64,000 nucleotides of DNA from Chloroflexota bacterium (GCA_030613785.1 JAUWLF010000009.1:5624-69623), one strand, 5' to 3'. Counted from the stretch's first letter, positions 48,464 to 58,774 are shown. Numbers and translations: made by a program. The notes: generated by a model not told the origin, from the sequence alone.

Positions 48464-49459
48464 ATGACAGACAAACAAGGTAATCCCAAGGTAAGCGTGA
48501 TCATCCCAACCTACAACCGGGCTCGCCTCGTTGGAGAAGCCATCCAGAGTGTCCTGGACCAGACGTTCACGGACCTGGAGTTGATCGTCGTGGACGACGG
48601 CTCCACCGACAACACCGAGTCCGTGGTAACGGAGTTCAAGGATCCTAGGGTCAGGTACATACATCAAGAAAACATGGGCATCAGTGCAGCGCGGAATGCG
48701 GGCATCCACAATACTCAGGGCCAATATGTCGCCTTTCTGGATTCCGATGATCTCTGGCTTCCTCAGCTACTGGAGCTGCAAGTCCGTTTCCTTGACGGCA
48801 CCCCACACGTTGGTGTAGTCTATGCCAAGGCTCAGGCCATGACCGAGAACGGTCGCCTGCTCCTCTATAGCCGAGGGGATCTCGAGAGATACCCAAATCA
48901 GCCGCTGAAGAGTATGCTGTATGGAGACTTCACCTGCATCCAGACCGCCCTCGTGCGCCGAGAGTGCTTCGGCGGGGCCGGCTTCTTTGATGAATCTCTC
49001 ACAGGTAGAGTGGATTGGGACATGTTTCTACGACTGGCCAAGGTCTGCCGCTTTGCCTTCACCGACAGGGTTCTGGCCCATTTCAGAGCCCACTCTCTAC
49101 AACACACCGGTGCCAAGTCGGAGTACTTCGCCGAGGTCTGTGAAAGCGGGATCAAGGTTCTGGACAAGGCCTTCGCTGACGCGGACCTGTCGAAGGAGAT
49201 CCTAGCTATCAAGGCTCTGGCCTATCGAAATGCGTACGTGGACATGGGCCTGCGCTGGATGGGTGTGCCGGAGTGGACGGAGAGTGCCCGCTCCTTCTGG
49301 AGGGCCATTCGTGTCTCGCCCAACCCTTTCGTCACACCCTTCCATATTGGGTGGTTGATCTTCTTCTACAAGGTCCTCAGCAAGACCAAGTGGGGCAATC
49401 GCCTGATCTCTGCGCTGGTCGGGTTGAAGCGGGGACGGCGCCAAGCCCCGGGTCAATGA
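48464..49459 (+). CDS. GT2-family glycosyltransferase
   Basis: VSVIIPTYNRARLVGEAIQSVLDQTFTDLELIVVDDGSTDNT and FLDSDD. Confidence 0.8.
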   Translation: MTDKQGNPKVSVIIPTYNRARLVGEAIQSVLDQTFTDLELIVVDDGSTDNTESVVTEFKDPRVRYIHQENMGISAARNAGIHNTQGQYVAFLDSDDLWLPQLLELQVRFLDGTPHVGVVYAKAQAMTENGRLLLYSRGDLERYPNQPLKSMLYGDFTCIQTALVRRECFGGAGFFDESLTGRVDWDMFLRLAKVCRFAFTDRVLAHFRAHSLQHTGAKSEYFAEVCESGIKVLDKAFADADLSKEILAIKALAYRNAYVDMGLRWMGVPEWTESARSFWRAIRVSPNPFVTPFHIGWLIFFYKVLSKTKWGNRLISALVGLKRGRRQAPGQ

Positions 49460-49474
49460 ACCAGGCAACGCCCG

Positions 49475-50602
49475 ATGAGAGTTGTTGACCACGACCGCCC
49501 GGTCTTTGCCATCGTCAGCACCGATATCCGCCGCGACCTAGTGGCACCGCTGCGGCACTTCACCCGCCTGCGCGTCGTGCACTTCTACCGCCAGGCTCCC
49601 TATGCTGACCTCACCACTGAAGACATGGACGACTGCCTAATCAGGTACACGACCCCCTTGGACCTCTTCGGCAAGCTGCGGCAGGTGCGACCCGACATCG
49701 TCCAGGGAGTGGAACCCTTCTCCATACGGCTTCTGCCCTACCTATATGCGGTTTTCAGCGCGGCTGTACTGAGGCACATCCTCCTGGTCATCGTTACACT
49801 AGAGAACCGCCCTCTGGCTTCCAAGCATGGCCCTGTCTTCTCATCTGTCATGCGAAGCATCCTGCGCCCCGTCTTCAGCTATGCGCGTCTGATCATTCAT
49901 TTGAACAAAGGAGCGCGGCGGAACGTGCTGTCGGTCGGGGTATACGATGGGAAGCTTTGGCGCCTCATGTACGGCACCTGGGGAATCGACGCGTCGGAGT
50001 TCACGCCACATCGCAATGGCAGCGAGCCCTATCTGGGACCCGGGCCTGTTGTTCTCTTCGTGGGTCGCCTCCACGCTGAGAAAGGTGTGTTCTATCTATT
50101 GGATGCCTACAGTCAGGTGAAGGAACAGCTTCCGCAAGCCAAGCTGGTGTTCATCGGCGACGGGCCGGCTCGCTCTGCAATGACAGACATCGCAGCACAT
50201 CACGGGTGGGCAGCTGACGTTGCTCTCAAGGGAACGATCAAGAACCGGGACTTGCCCTCGTATTTTCGGGCAGCCGACCTCTTCGTCGCTCCTTCCATCA
50301 CCACTCGCAAATGGGAGGAACAAGTCGGCATGACCAACATCCAGGCCATGGCCTGTGGGGTACCGGTCGTCTCCACTCGTAGCGGCGCGATCCCGGAGTA
50401 CGTGCCAGAGGAGGCAGGTGTTCTCGTGCCGGAGCGGGACCCAAAGGCGTTGGCAGAAGCCATCATTCGACTCCTGTGCGACGAGAGCCTGCGACGCAGG
50501 ATGGGTGAGGCCGGACGCTCCTACGCCGTGGAGCACTATGACGCACGTAGGAACGTGGAGGGAGCAGAAGCGATCATTCTGGAGCGCTGTCTGGGCCTAT
50601 GA
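49475..50602 (+). CDS. GT4-family glycosyltransferase
   Basis: EEQVGMTNIQAMACGVPVVSTRSGAIPEYV. Confidence 0.7.
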   Translation: MRVVDHDRPVFAIVSTDIRRDLVAPLRHFTRLRVVHFYRQAPYADLTTEDMDDCLIRYTTPLDLFGKLRQVRPDIVQGVEPFSIRLLPYLYAVFSAAVLRHILLVIVTLENRPLASKHGPVFSSVMRSILRPVFSYARLIIHLNKGARRNVLSVGVYDGKLWRLMYGTWGIDASEFTPHRNGSEPYLGPGPVVLFVGRLHAEKGVFYLLDAYSQVKEQLPQAKLVFIGDGPARSAMTDIAAHHGWAADVALKGTIKNRDLPSYFRAADLFVAPSITTRKWEEQVGMTNIQAMACGVPVVSTRSGAIPEYVPEEAGVLVPERDPKALAEAIIRLLCDESLRRRMGEAGRSYAVEHYDARRNVEGAEAIILERCLGL

Positions 50603-51663
50603 AGATCGGGTTTGACACCCAGTCCACCTTGGGACGAAAGACAGGCATAGGACTGTACACAGCCAACCTGCTGCAGGCACTCCGCCAAGTTGCCCCGCAA
50701 CACGAGTACGTGGAGATATCCTCAGGCCGAACCCAGGAGATGCGCACAGACCAGAGGCTTCACTGGCAGCAGTTCGAGCTACCCCGCCGCGCACGGGCGA
50801 TGCGAGTTGATCTCCTGCACGTCACTGGTTTCGACGCGCCGTGGTGGAGGCCATGTCCACTCGTTCTCACCGTTCACGACCTTATCGGCCTGCTCTTCCC
50901 GGCCAACCTGCCGCCCATCTCGCGCCTCTACTGGAGCCGCTGGTTGCCGCACACCATACGCCGCGCAGACCGGATCATAGTGGATTCAGAGCACACCAAG
51001 AGCGACGTCAATCGACTGCTGGGCATCCCGGCCGAGCATATGGACGTCATCCACCTTGGCGTTGATGAGAGCTTCCATCCAGTGGAGGATGAGGGATCTC
51101 TGGGAACTGTGCGTGAGAAGTACAGTCTCCCCTACACTTTCATCCTCTACCTCGGCACGCTGGAGCCCCGCAAGGGGCTGGACACGCTGCTTTCTGCCTA
51201 CGCCGACCTAGTCACCGATGTCTCTCACCACCTGGTCATCGCTGGCAAGCGCGGGTGGTACACGCAGCCTCTGTTCCAGCAAGTGAAGGCGCTCAGCTTG
51301 GGCCAGCGAGTGCACTTCACTGGATACGTGGCCGAAGAGGATCTCGGGGCCCTCTACAGCCTGGCCCACCTTTTCGTCTATCCCTCGCGCTACGAAGGCT
51401 TTGGCCTTCCTCCATTGGAAGCTATGGCTTGTGGCCTGCCGGTGGTCTGCACAGACGCCGCCAGTCTACCGGAGGTCGTCGGCGACGCTGCTCTCTTGGT
51501 CTCCCCGGACGACCCGGGCGCCCTTGCGGCCGCCATGCGACGCGTCTTGGCTGACGGCCAGTTGCACACAGAGATGCAGGCACGGAGTCTGGAGAGGGCC
51601 GCTCGCTTCACCTGGCAGGAGACCGCCCGCAGAACACTTCAGGTGTACGAGGCAATGGGATGA
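50599..51663 (+). CDS. GT4-family glycosyltransferase (tandem paralog 1)
   Basis: MKIGFDTQ... and YEGFGLPPLEAMACGLPVVCTDAASLPEVVGDAALLV. Confidence 0.8.
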   Translation: MKIGFDTQSTLGRKTGIGLYTANLLQALRQVAPQHEYVEISSGRTQEMRTDQRLHWQQFELPRRARAMRVDLLHVTGFDAPWWRPCPLVLTVHDLIGLLFPANLPPISRLYWSRWLPHTIRRADRIIVDSEHTKSDVNRLLGIPAEHMDVIHLGVDESFHPVEDEGSLGTVREKYSLPYTFILYLGTLEPRKGLDTLLSAYADLVTDVSHHLVIAGKRGWYTQPLFQQVKALSLGQRVHFTGYVAEEDLGALYSLAHLFVYPSRYEGFGLPPLEAMACGLPVVCTDAASLPEVVGDAALLVSPDDPGALAAAMRRVLADGQLHTEMQARSLERAARFTWQETARRTLQVYEAMG

Positions 51664-52787
51664 GAATCTGCATGGACATCACACCGGCCGTCCATCGTCG
51701 CGCCGGCTTGGGTCGGTACGCCCAAGAGCTCACCGCAGCCCTCCTAGCAACTGACACCGAGAATGAATATGTGGCCTTTTACAATCGTCCGAGCGAGGCC
51801 TATGTGGAGCCGCCTCTCGACAGGCTTCCCCACCTGACCACCAACCTCTCCGCCAAACCATGGCGCATGAGCGCACTCGTGGGGCACCTCGCCCACGTCG
51901 GCCAGGACCGCCTCTTCCCTGGGGTTGACCTCTTCCACGCCACAGATCACCTCCTCCCTCGACTGACGCAGGTGAAGAGCGTCTTCACGCTCCACGACCT
52001 GGTTTTCCGCTTCTATCCGCACACGCACAAGCCCTTGAACCGCTGGTTTCTGACCCTGATGATGCCCCGTTTCCTGAAGGCTGCCGACGCAGTGATCGCC
52101 GTTTCCCGATGCACCAAGAGAGACGTGGTGCGACTATATGACCTCGACGAAGCCAAGGTCAAGGTCATCCACGAAGGCGTGAACCCCCGGTTCCGCAGAA
52201 GTTCGCCAGGTGTCATCTCATCCGTACTCCACAAGTACGATCTTCGCGAGAGATACATCCTTTCGGTGGGAACCATTGAACCACGTAAGAACCTGACGTC
52301 TCTGTTGGAAGCTTATGTGGCTATCAGAAACCAGGATTCTCAACTCAAGCTGGTCATCGTGGGGAAGAGAGGTTGGCTGTACGAGGGTTTCTTCCGCAGG
52401 CTGCACGAGTTGGGCCTGGAGAACGAGGTGATCTTCCCTGGCTTCGTCCCTGATGAAGATCTGCCTGCCCTCTATAGCGCCACTGATCTCTTCGTTTTCC
52501 CGTCGCTGTACGAGGGCTTTGGCCTGCCCGTGCTGGAGGCCCTGGCGTGCGGCGCACCGGTTGTCACCAGCAACACCTCCAGCCTGCCAGAGGTGGCCGG
52601 GGAGGCGGCGCTGCTGGTGGACCCGAACAGTGTAGAGGCCCTGGCTCGAGGTATGAGGGACGTTCTGGACAGCAGAACACTGCGCGACGACTTGCGGGCG
52701 AGAGGCCCCAAGCAAGCCGCCAAGTTCAGTTGGGAGAAAGCAGCCCGTGAGACTCTGACCATCTACACGTCGCTGTTCACATCCTGA
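51660..52787 (+). CDS. GT4-family glycosyltransferase (tandem paralog 2)
   Basis: MRICMDIT... and YEGFGLPVLEALACGAPVVTSNTSSLPEVAGEAALLV. Confidence 0.8.
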   Translation: MRICMDITPAVHRRAGLGRYAQELTAALLATDTENEYVAFYNRPSEAYVEPPLDRLPHLTTNLSAKPWRMSALVGHLAHVGQDRLFPGVDLFHATDHLLPRLTQVKSVFTLHDLVFRFYPHTHKPLNRWFLTLMMPRFLKAADAVIAVSRCTKRDVVRLYDLDEAKVKVIHEGVNPRFRRSSPGVISSVLHKYDLRERYILSVGTIEPRKNLTSLLEAYVAIRNQDSQLKLVIVGKRGWLYEGFFRRLHELGLENEVIFPGFVPDEDLPALYSATDLFVFPSLYEGFGLPVLEALACGAPVVTSNTSSLPEVAGEAALLVDPNSVEALARGMRDVLDSRTLRDDLRARGPKQAAKFSWEKAARETLTIYTSLFTS

Positions 52788-52879
52788 CCCATTTCGTCGC
52801 GTGAGGGGTTTGAGCTCAATGCCTCGCCACGGCAGAACTCTCAACGGTGTCAACACGTCCTTCCAAGGGAGAGATTACC

Positions 52880-53998
52880 TTGCGAATCGGCATTGATGGA
52901 CGGTACATCGAGGACCACTTCCCAGGCATCGGGCGCTACACCTACAACCTGATCAACAAGATACCAGAGATTGCCCCCGAAGCGGATTTTCTGGTCTTTC
53001 ACGACCCCCGTCTCCTCAACACACGGTATGACGTGGAGGACTTGGCTCGCCATCCCAATCTCCAACTGGTATCTGTGGACGTTCCTACCCTTTCCCTGAA
53101 AGAGCAGCACCGACTGCCGTCCCTCGCGAAAAGCCTTTCGTTGGACCTTCTTCACTCGCCATACTACATCAAGCCCTACTGGTTGCCCTGTCCCTCGGTC
53201 GTCACCATTCACGATCTGATCCCCATGATCTATCCCCAGCATCTGCCGCACCGCTGGACTGCCTGGATCTTCCGAGCCACTGCTTCGCTGGCCGTGCGGC
53301 GTACGAATCAGATCATCGCCGTTTCGGAGTCAACCAGCAGAGATTTGGCCCGCCTCTTCGGCGCTTCCCAAGCGCAAATGACGGTTGTCCACGAGGCAGC
53401 CGACGAGAGGTTCCGTCCCTTCGAGAAAGAGCAATGGGAGCAGGTCCTTCACAGGTATGGCCTGCCGAGGAAATACATCCTGTACCTGGGAATCAACAAG
53501 CCCCACAAGAACCTGGTTTTCTTGTTGCAGGTTTTCAGCCAGGTCAAGACCAAGGCGAAGCTGGTCCTGGCCGGGAGGGAAGATCCCCGCTACCGACAAG
53601 CGCGTAAGGAGGCAGAGAGACTGGACCTAAGGGAGAGGGTGGTGTTCCTGGGCGAGGTCGCCGACCGTGATCTGCCCATGCTGTACAATGGCGCCGAACT
53701 GTTCGTCTTCCCCTCCCTGTATGAGGGCTTTGGCCTGCCTGTTCTCGAAGCAATGGCTTGTGGAACCCCTGTGATTTGCAGTAGCACCTCCAGCCTGCCC
53801 GAGATCGTTGGCGATGCTGCCTTGACCCTGGACCCTCTGGATCGGGATGCTTGGGTTGCAGCGCTAGCGGAGCTGTTGGAGAAGGAAGCCTTGCGAGCAG
53901 AGATGAGTACAAAGGGCTTGAGGAGAGCACAGACGTTCTCGTGGGAGGACACTGCCAGAAGGACCTGGCTGGTGTATCAACGTATTCTGGAGCCGTAG
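52880..53998 (+). CDS. GT4-family glycosyltransferase (tandem paralog 3)
   Basis: The TTG start gives MRIGIDGRY, parallel to the two paralogs, with SD AAGGGAGAG. YEGFGLPVLEAMACGTPVICSSTSSLPEIVGDAALTL. The ORF track starts at GTG 52847. Confidence 0.75.
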   Translation: MRIGIDGRYIEDHFPGIGRYTYNLINKIPEIAPEADFLVFHDPRLLNTRYDVEDLARHPNLQLVSVDVPTLSLKEQHRLPSLAKSLSLDLLHSPYYIKPYWLPCPSVVTIHDLIPMIYPQHLPHRWTAWIFRATASLAVRRTNQIIAVSESTSRDLARLFGASQAQMTVVHEAADERFRPFEKEQWEQVLHRYGLPRKYILYLGINKPHKNLVFLLQVFSQVKTKAKLVLAGREDPRYRQARKEAERLDLRERVVFLGEVADRDLPMLYNGAELFVFPSLYEGFGLPVLEAMACGTPVICSSTSSLPEIVGDAALTLDPLDRDAWVAALAELLEKEALRAEMSTKGLRRAQTFSWEDTARRTWLVYQRILEP

Positions 53999-54355
53999 AG
54001 GCTGTTCACTTCACCAATGGCCTTGGTACGGGGGCGAGTGGATGGGGTGGTCGACGCTGATCGCAGAACTCAGTCCAAGTGTCGCGACCCCCGGTCTACG
54101 TCTGTCGAAGGATCGACCTTGACGCAGTCTCCGAAGTGCTCAGGCACGCCCCGTGTTGGTCCAACGGGAGTTCGCGGCTCTGACCTTCACAAAATTCTGT
54201 TACACGCTGGGACACGCGCCGCTCAAAATGCTCAAGCCAGCAGCGAGCCATCTCCTCCATCATCGTCGTCGAATGGTGTCGGGACTTGCTCGTCCTCCTG
54301 TTCATAGCGAGGCGAGCTGGCCTCTATGAGGAATCCCGTTCCACCTTGAAGGTTG

Positions 54356-54847
54356 CTATCCTGATTCCCCCGGCTTGATCGCCGCGAAGATCAACCCGCC
54401 GAGGGCACCCAGCCCTGCGCTTATCGCCAGTGAGACGCCACAGCACATGCTGCTGCCAATCACGCTTGTGGTCGCATCAAAGCCCGCCCCTCCCAACATC
54501 CGGGGGTCCAGTCCCGTCTCGTACATCTGCGCGAGCAACTCAGGCGGCAGTTGCCTCAACAAAGACATCTGCACCGGGCCCAGCACCGCCCCGCCCACTA
54601 GGTTCACGCCGATCCCCACGACGCCGCCAATCGCGGCGGCTATCAGGGCGGCCAGCGCCCCCTGCCCAGCGGCTGAACCGGTCGTCCGCAACGGCGTTAT
54701 CCAGTACGCAGCCAGAGCACCAATGCAGCCGAACGCCACCCACTCCAGCGGCACCCCACAGCACACCACACAGGGGATCACCTCCACCACCTTCAGCGCC
54801 ACCAAGATGGCACCACCGATTAGTCCTGCTTTCAGCCACGCTGACAT
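54356..54847 (-). CDS. Hypothetical Gly/Ala-rich membrane protein
   Basis: 163 aa with 4-5 hydrophobic segments. SD GAGGAAAGGAG. Confidence 0.5.
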   Translation of the reverse strand: MSAWLKAGLIGGAILVALKVVEVIPCVVCCGVPLEWVAFGCIGALAAYWITPLRTTGSAAGQGALAALIAAAIGGVVGIGVNLVGGAVLGPVQMSLLRQLPPELLAQMYETGLDPRMLGGAGFDATTSVIGSSMCCGVSLAISAGLGALGGLIFAAIKPGESG

Positions 54848-54908
54848 AGTCTACTCCTTTCCTCTTTGAGAGCTCTCCCTTCGCAAGACGACAACACTGA
54901 TCGGACTC

Positions 54909-54937
54909 TGTATACCATAGATCAGCCAACGATGCAA
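54909..54937 (-). promoter_or_regulatory. Candidate promoter TTGCAT-17-TATACA
   Basis: Minus strand reads TTGCATCGTTGGCTGATCTATGGTATACA. Confidence 0.35.
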
Positions 54938-55165
54938 CCGACTGACCTGACCGGTACGCAGGTATCACACCGGTGTCACGTGTGCCAAGCTCTTCTGAAC
55001 CACCAGTCACATCCCGTTGAAAGCCTCCGTGCCCTCTCGTCCCCTACATCGGAGAGCGCTTCATGGCTCAGAGTCTGCTCACTCGGCGGTGGAGGGGTCT
55101 GTCCACCCTCGGATGACAGCAAGCCTCATGGGTCGGTATCTGCCCGACCGGCTCTGCCTCCTCTG

Positions 55166-56101
55166 TCAACGAAACCTTCTGACGAAGAACTTCCGTCCCT
55201 CATACTCTGCCTCGAGGAGCTGCCCCGTGTCGACGAGCTCACGAACAGCCTCCCAATCGGCGCCCGTCCGCGTCAACAACTCGGCCACAGCCTCTTCTCG
55301 CATGGGATGCACCGCGGTGATGCTAAGGATATCCTCCTCCACGTCGCCCGTGGAGGCGAAGGCATTGCCCTCGTACCCTATCAGGTGCTCTACATCAGCG
55401 AGCCTCTCGCTCAGGATCTGGTAGGCGAGGTTGATGGCGTCCTCATCAGGTGCTTGTACCCACTGCTCCGCGGGCGGCCTGGTGGGAATGGACAGGTAAG
55501 CCTTGGCAGGTCCCAGGCGAGACAGGAAGTCGGCAACTTCCGTCACGTGATCAGCACCATCATTCACTCCTCGGACGAGCATCGTCTCCGTCACGAGCTC
55601 TCCGGCGTAAGTCTTGGCGAACTCTAGCATTCCGTCCAGAATCGAGGCCAGCCGCAAGGCACCGTGCGGCCGATCTATGGTACGCCAGACCCCATCTTGC
55701 GTGGAGTCCACTTTCAGAGATACCCAGTCTGCTCTGCCCAGATCCTCCCTCACATCTTCCCGCCAGGCCAGTGAAGAGTTGGTGATCACGGCGATCTTCA
55801 CCCCCAGTGGACGCAATAGCTCGATCTCACGGCCCAGGTTGATGTCCAGTGTAGGCTCGCCGTCGGGCACGAAGGCGAGGTAGTCAATAGCCTCTCCGGT
55901 TTCCTTTGCCTGCTCGACCTTGCTTTCCACCGCCCGCAAGATCTCCTTTGGCCGGTAGAACTCCTGCCTCTCAGCACGCATCGTCCTGGTGCGACCCAGT
56001 TGGCAGTAGGCACAGGAATACGTGCACACTTTGGGTGGGATGTTATTGATCCCCAGACTGCGCCCTAGACGTCTGGAGGGAACTGGTCCGAAGGCAATCA
56101 T
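55166..56101 (-). CDS. Radical SAM protein
   Basis: The start was moved to MIAFGPVPSRRLGRSLGINNIPPKVCTYSCAYCQLG (CxxxCxxC). The longer ORF would overlap the upstream gene by 370 nt. Confidence 0.75.
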   Translation of the reverse strand: MIAFGPVPSRRLGRSLGINNIPPKVCTYSCAYCQLGRTRTMRAERQEFYRPKEILRAVESKVEQAKETGEAIDYLAFVPDGEPTLDINLGREIELLRPLGVKIAVITNSSLAWREDVREDLGRADWVSLKVDSTQDGVWRTIDRPHGALRLASILDGMLEFAKTYAGELVTETMLVRGVNDGADHVTEVADFLSRLGPAKAYLSIPTRPPAEQWVQAPDEDAINLAYQILSERLADVEHLIGYEGNAFASTGDVEEDILSITAVHPMREEAVAELLTRTGADWEAVRELVDTGQLLEAEYEGRKFFVRRFR

Positions 56102-56138
56102 CTGCCGAGCCTGCTCCTCCACTGGAAACTCCGCCGTC

Positions 56139-57224
56139 CTAGAGGATGTCCAACATGGAGATGCCGCGCTCTTGAGCGCGCAGGGCCATCCAATCCCTAC
56201 GGTCCATGGGTGGCGCCGAGACCTCCGCCTCAGGGCGGCGCTCCAGCCGCAACGCATCGGTGGGACAGACGGTGATGCACTGCCCGCACCCCACGCAATG
56301 CGAGTAGTCCACGACACAGACCTCCTCGGGCACCGATAGCGCCCCAAACTGGCAACGCTCCACGCAATCGCCGCAACCCACACACTCGTCGGAATCCACC
56401 ACAGCCCAGAAGTCGGATCTGGCGATGGCAGTGGGAACGCCGAACTCAGCCACAGTCCGCAAGAACCCGCAACAGCAAGTGCAGCAATTGCAGATGTAGA
56501 AGTGGCCATCGCGGTAGTTGGCGGCGGAGTGCACCAATCCCGCCTCCTCCGTCTCGCCCAAAATACGCAGCGCCTCCTCCTTGGTAATGGCCCGCGTCAC
56601 TTCGCTGTGGTCAAAGACATCCTCGACCGGTGCGAATACCAGGCAGACCTCCACAGGATGATCGCACCCCTTCCCCACCAGCCGCTGTTGCACGCGACAT
56701 ATGCAATCCCGTACGCCCCACGCCTTGGCCCCCTCTAATAGTTCGGAGGCTCTCTCGTAGGTAAAGATCTCCGCATCAAAGGGGATGGCCTGCTCGACGG
56801 GGATGACGCGGTGACCAGCCGGGGCATTGCGTATCATGCTGCCTCCCCCCTGCGTCTCCTGGAAAAACTCTTCGAACAGTGTGGCGAGTTCCTCATCCAG
56901 GCGAGGAAGTTGCTCTTCATAGATGCCCACCACGAAGGGCATCAGCCCGAAGATGAGTTCGCCCTCCCCCTTTTTGGCCAGGATCAGTCCCTTACGCGCC
57001 ATTCCCTTCAGAGTACGATAGGCTGTCTCACGGTCAGTACCAACCCTATCCGCGATATCAGCAGCCGGCTCGTGGGTCAGACGCATCGCAGCAGCCAGCT
57101 CCGCCTCCTCCGGTGTGAAGATCTTCGCCAGCAGCCGGAGTTCCGCGCCACTCTCGGTCGCCGGGAATCCATTCGGTATGGCATCCAACCTCTGGGCCAG
57201 TTCGCGATAGACATCCTCAGACAT
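56139..57224 (-). CDS. Fe-S protein: N-terminal wHTH-like region, CNCCTCCC cysteine cluster, 2x[4Fe-4S] ferredoxin domain
   Basis: CVGCGDCVERCQ and CVGCGQCITVCP. ICNCCTCCCGF. The N-terminus reads ADIADRVGTDRETAYRTLKGMARKGLI. It is a paralog of 11131..12072. Confidence 0.65.
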   Translation of the reverse strand: MSEDVYRELAQRLDAIPNGFPATESGAELRLLAKIFTPEEAELAAAMRLTHEPAADIADRVGTDRETAYRTLKGMARKGLILAKKGEGELIFGLMPFVVGIYEEQLPRLDEELATLFEEFFQETQGGGSMIRNAPAGHRVIPVEQAIPFDAEIFTYERASELLEGAKAWGVRDCICRVQQRLVGKGCDHPVEVCLVFAPVEDVFDHSEVTRAITKEEALRILGETEEAGLVHSAANYRDGHFYICNCCTCCCGFLRTVAEFGVPTAIARSDFWAVVDSDECVGCGDCVERCQFGALSVPEEVCVVDYSHCVGCGQCITVCPTDALRLERRPEAEVSAPPMDRRDWMALRAQERGISMLDIL

Positions 57225-57280
57225 AGCTCATGCTCCTTTCCTCTGTGGTCGCGGTCAAATCCCGGACACAGAGCCAACAG

Positions 57281-57309
57281 TGAATAGTCAGTCGGCAGTC
57301 CTTTGTCAA
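57281..57309 (-). promoter_or_regulatory. sigma70-type promoter TTGACA-17-TATTCA
   Basis: Minus strand reads TTGACAAAGGACTGCCGACTGACTATTCA. The -35 overlaps the kynureninase stop codon. Confidence 0.55.
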
Positions 57310-58583
57310 GTCACTCCCAGCCGCTTCCCCGGGAAGTAGCGCAGGTACCGCCGTTCCGCCACCACCCGCCGGATGCGATCCACCGCCTCCCACACCTCGG
57401 CAAACGACGTGTAGAGGGGAGCCAAGCCCAGGCGGATGTTGTCGGGCTCTCGGAAATCAGGCAGGACCCCCATCTCCTCGATCAATACCTGGCTTATGCG
57501 GTACCCCTCGCGGTGTCGAATAGAAACGTGGGAGCCTCGTTGGGCAGGGTCTGTGGGCGAACCCAAGACAAAGCCCAAAGGAACCAGGACTGTCTCCACC
57601 AGGTAGATCAGGTAGGACGTCAAGTGCACTGATTTGTGGCGGATGCGGTCGATCCCAGCCTGCAACACCACATCAAGCGCCGGTTCCAGGGCCAGAGTTG
57701 AGAGGATGGGAGGGCTGCTGACCAGGAAGTGGGCGATTCCCTCTGCACGGTCATACTCCAGGTCGAAATCGAACGGCGCACGTTGCCCGAACCAGCCCCA
57801 GATGGGGGAGAGCGCCTCCTGAAGGTCTCGGCGTACGTACAGAAAAGCGGGGGCACCGGGTCCCCCGTTGAGATACTTATAGGTGCAGCCGACCGCCAGA
57901 TCCACATCCCAGCGGTCCAGTTCCACAGGCACCACCCCGGCCGAGTGGCCGAGGTCCCACAAGACTAAGGCCCCCACTTCGTGCGCCCGCTCGGTCACCG
58001 CTTCTGCGTCATACAGAAAGCCGCTCTTGAACACGACGTGAGACAGCGTGACCAATGCTGTCCGCTCGTCTATGGCGTCGAACAGGGTCTCCTGGTCCAC
58101 CGTCATCTCGTCTTCCGAAGGCACCAGGTGGAGCTGATGAGAGTCGCCCAGCAAGCGAATGCACCCCTGGAGGATATAGAGATCGGAGGGGAAGTTCAGC
58201 ACATCGCTCACGATTCGATCACGCCCGGCTCGCATCTCGAGTGCGACCATCGCCAGTTTGAACAAGTTGATGGAGGTGGTGTCGCTAACCACAACCTGGC
58301 CCGGTCCCGCGCCCAGCAGCAAAGCGATCTTCTCTCCCACTCGCGCCGAGGCCTCCCACCAGCCCGCGTTCCAGCCTCGGATGAGATCGCGACCCCATTC
58401 CTGCTCCACGGCTGTGCGCAAGCGCCCTACCGTACGGCGGGGCAAGCGTCCCAAAGAGTTGCCGTCCAAGTAGATCATGTCAGCCTCGGCGAAGACGAAG
58501 GCCTCCCGAAAAGAGGCCAACTCGTCCTCTTCGTCCAGGCGATGGGCATAGTCCAACCCAGGTTCAAACTCCAACGGTCCCAT
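57306..58583 (-). CDS. kynU: Kynureninase
   Basis: 425 aa with IYLDGNSLGRLP and CTYKYLNGGPGAPAFLYV. Confidence 0.8.
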   Translation of the reverse strand: MGPLEFEPGLDYAHRLDEEDELASFREAFVFAEADMIYLDGNSLGRLPRRTVGRLRTAVEQEWGRDLIRGWNAGWWEASARVGEKIALLLGAGPGQVVVSDTTSINLFKLAMVALEMRAGRDRIVSDVLNFPSDLYILQGCIRLLGDSHQLHLVPSEDEMTVDQETLFDAIDERTALVTLSHVVFKSGFLYDAEAVTERAHEVGALVLWDLGHSAGVVPVELDRWDVDLAVGCTYKYLNGGPGAPAFLYVRRDLQEALSPIWGWFGQRAPFDFDLEYDRAEGIAHFLVSSPPILSTLALEPALDVVLQAGIDRIRHKSVHLTSYLIYLVETVLVPLGFVLGSPTDPAQRGSHVSIRHREGYRISQVLIEEMGVLPDFREPDNIRLGLAPLYTSFAEVWEAVDRIRRVVAERRYLRYFPGKRLGVT

Positions 58584-58774
58584 ACGTATGACCCTCAGTC
58601 AGCGACATCGTTCGGCAGCCCCCAGCTCCCCATGCCTAGGCCTGTCCCGAGAGCAACGGTTGGTTCACAGGCGGTATCACCCCAAGGCGAAGCCAGCCAT
58701 GCCTCGACCCTTGCCTCCCCACCCACTCAGTCATGGGACAAGAGTCAAACACCTCCGAATGGTGCCACTCCAGT

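Noticed and set aside
53999-54355. Small ORFs 54017..54307(+) and 54096..54305(-), and a GCGAGGCGAGC string at 54309-54320 resembling the leader motif
   Set aside because: Neither ORF has an SD or a recognisable family. The motif-like string lacks a convincing 3' arm, the UUGCA loop and an upstream promoter, so it was not counted as a seventh copy.
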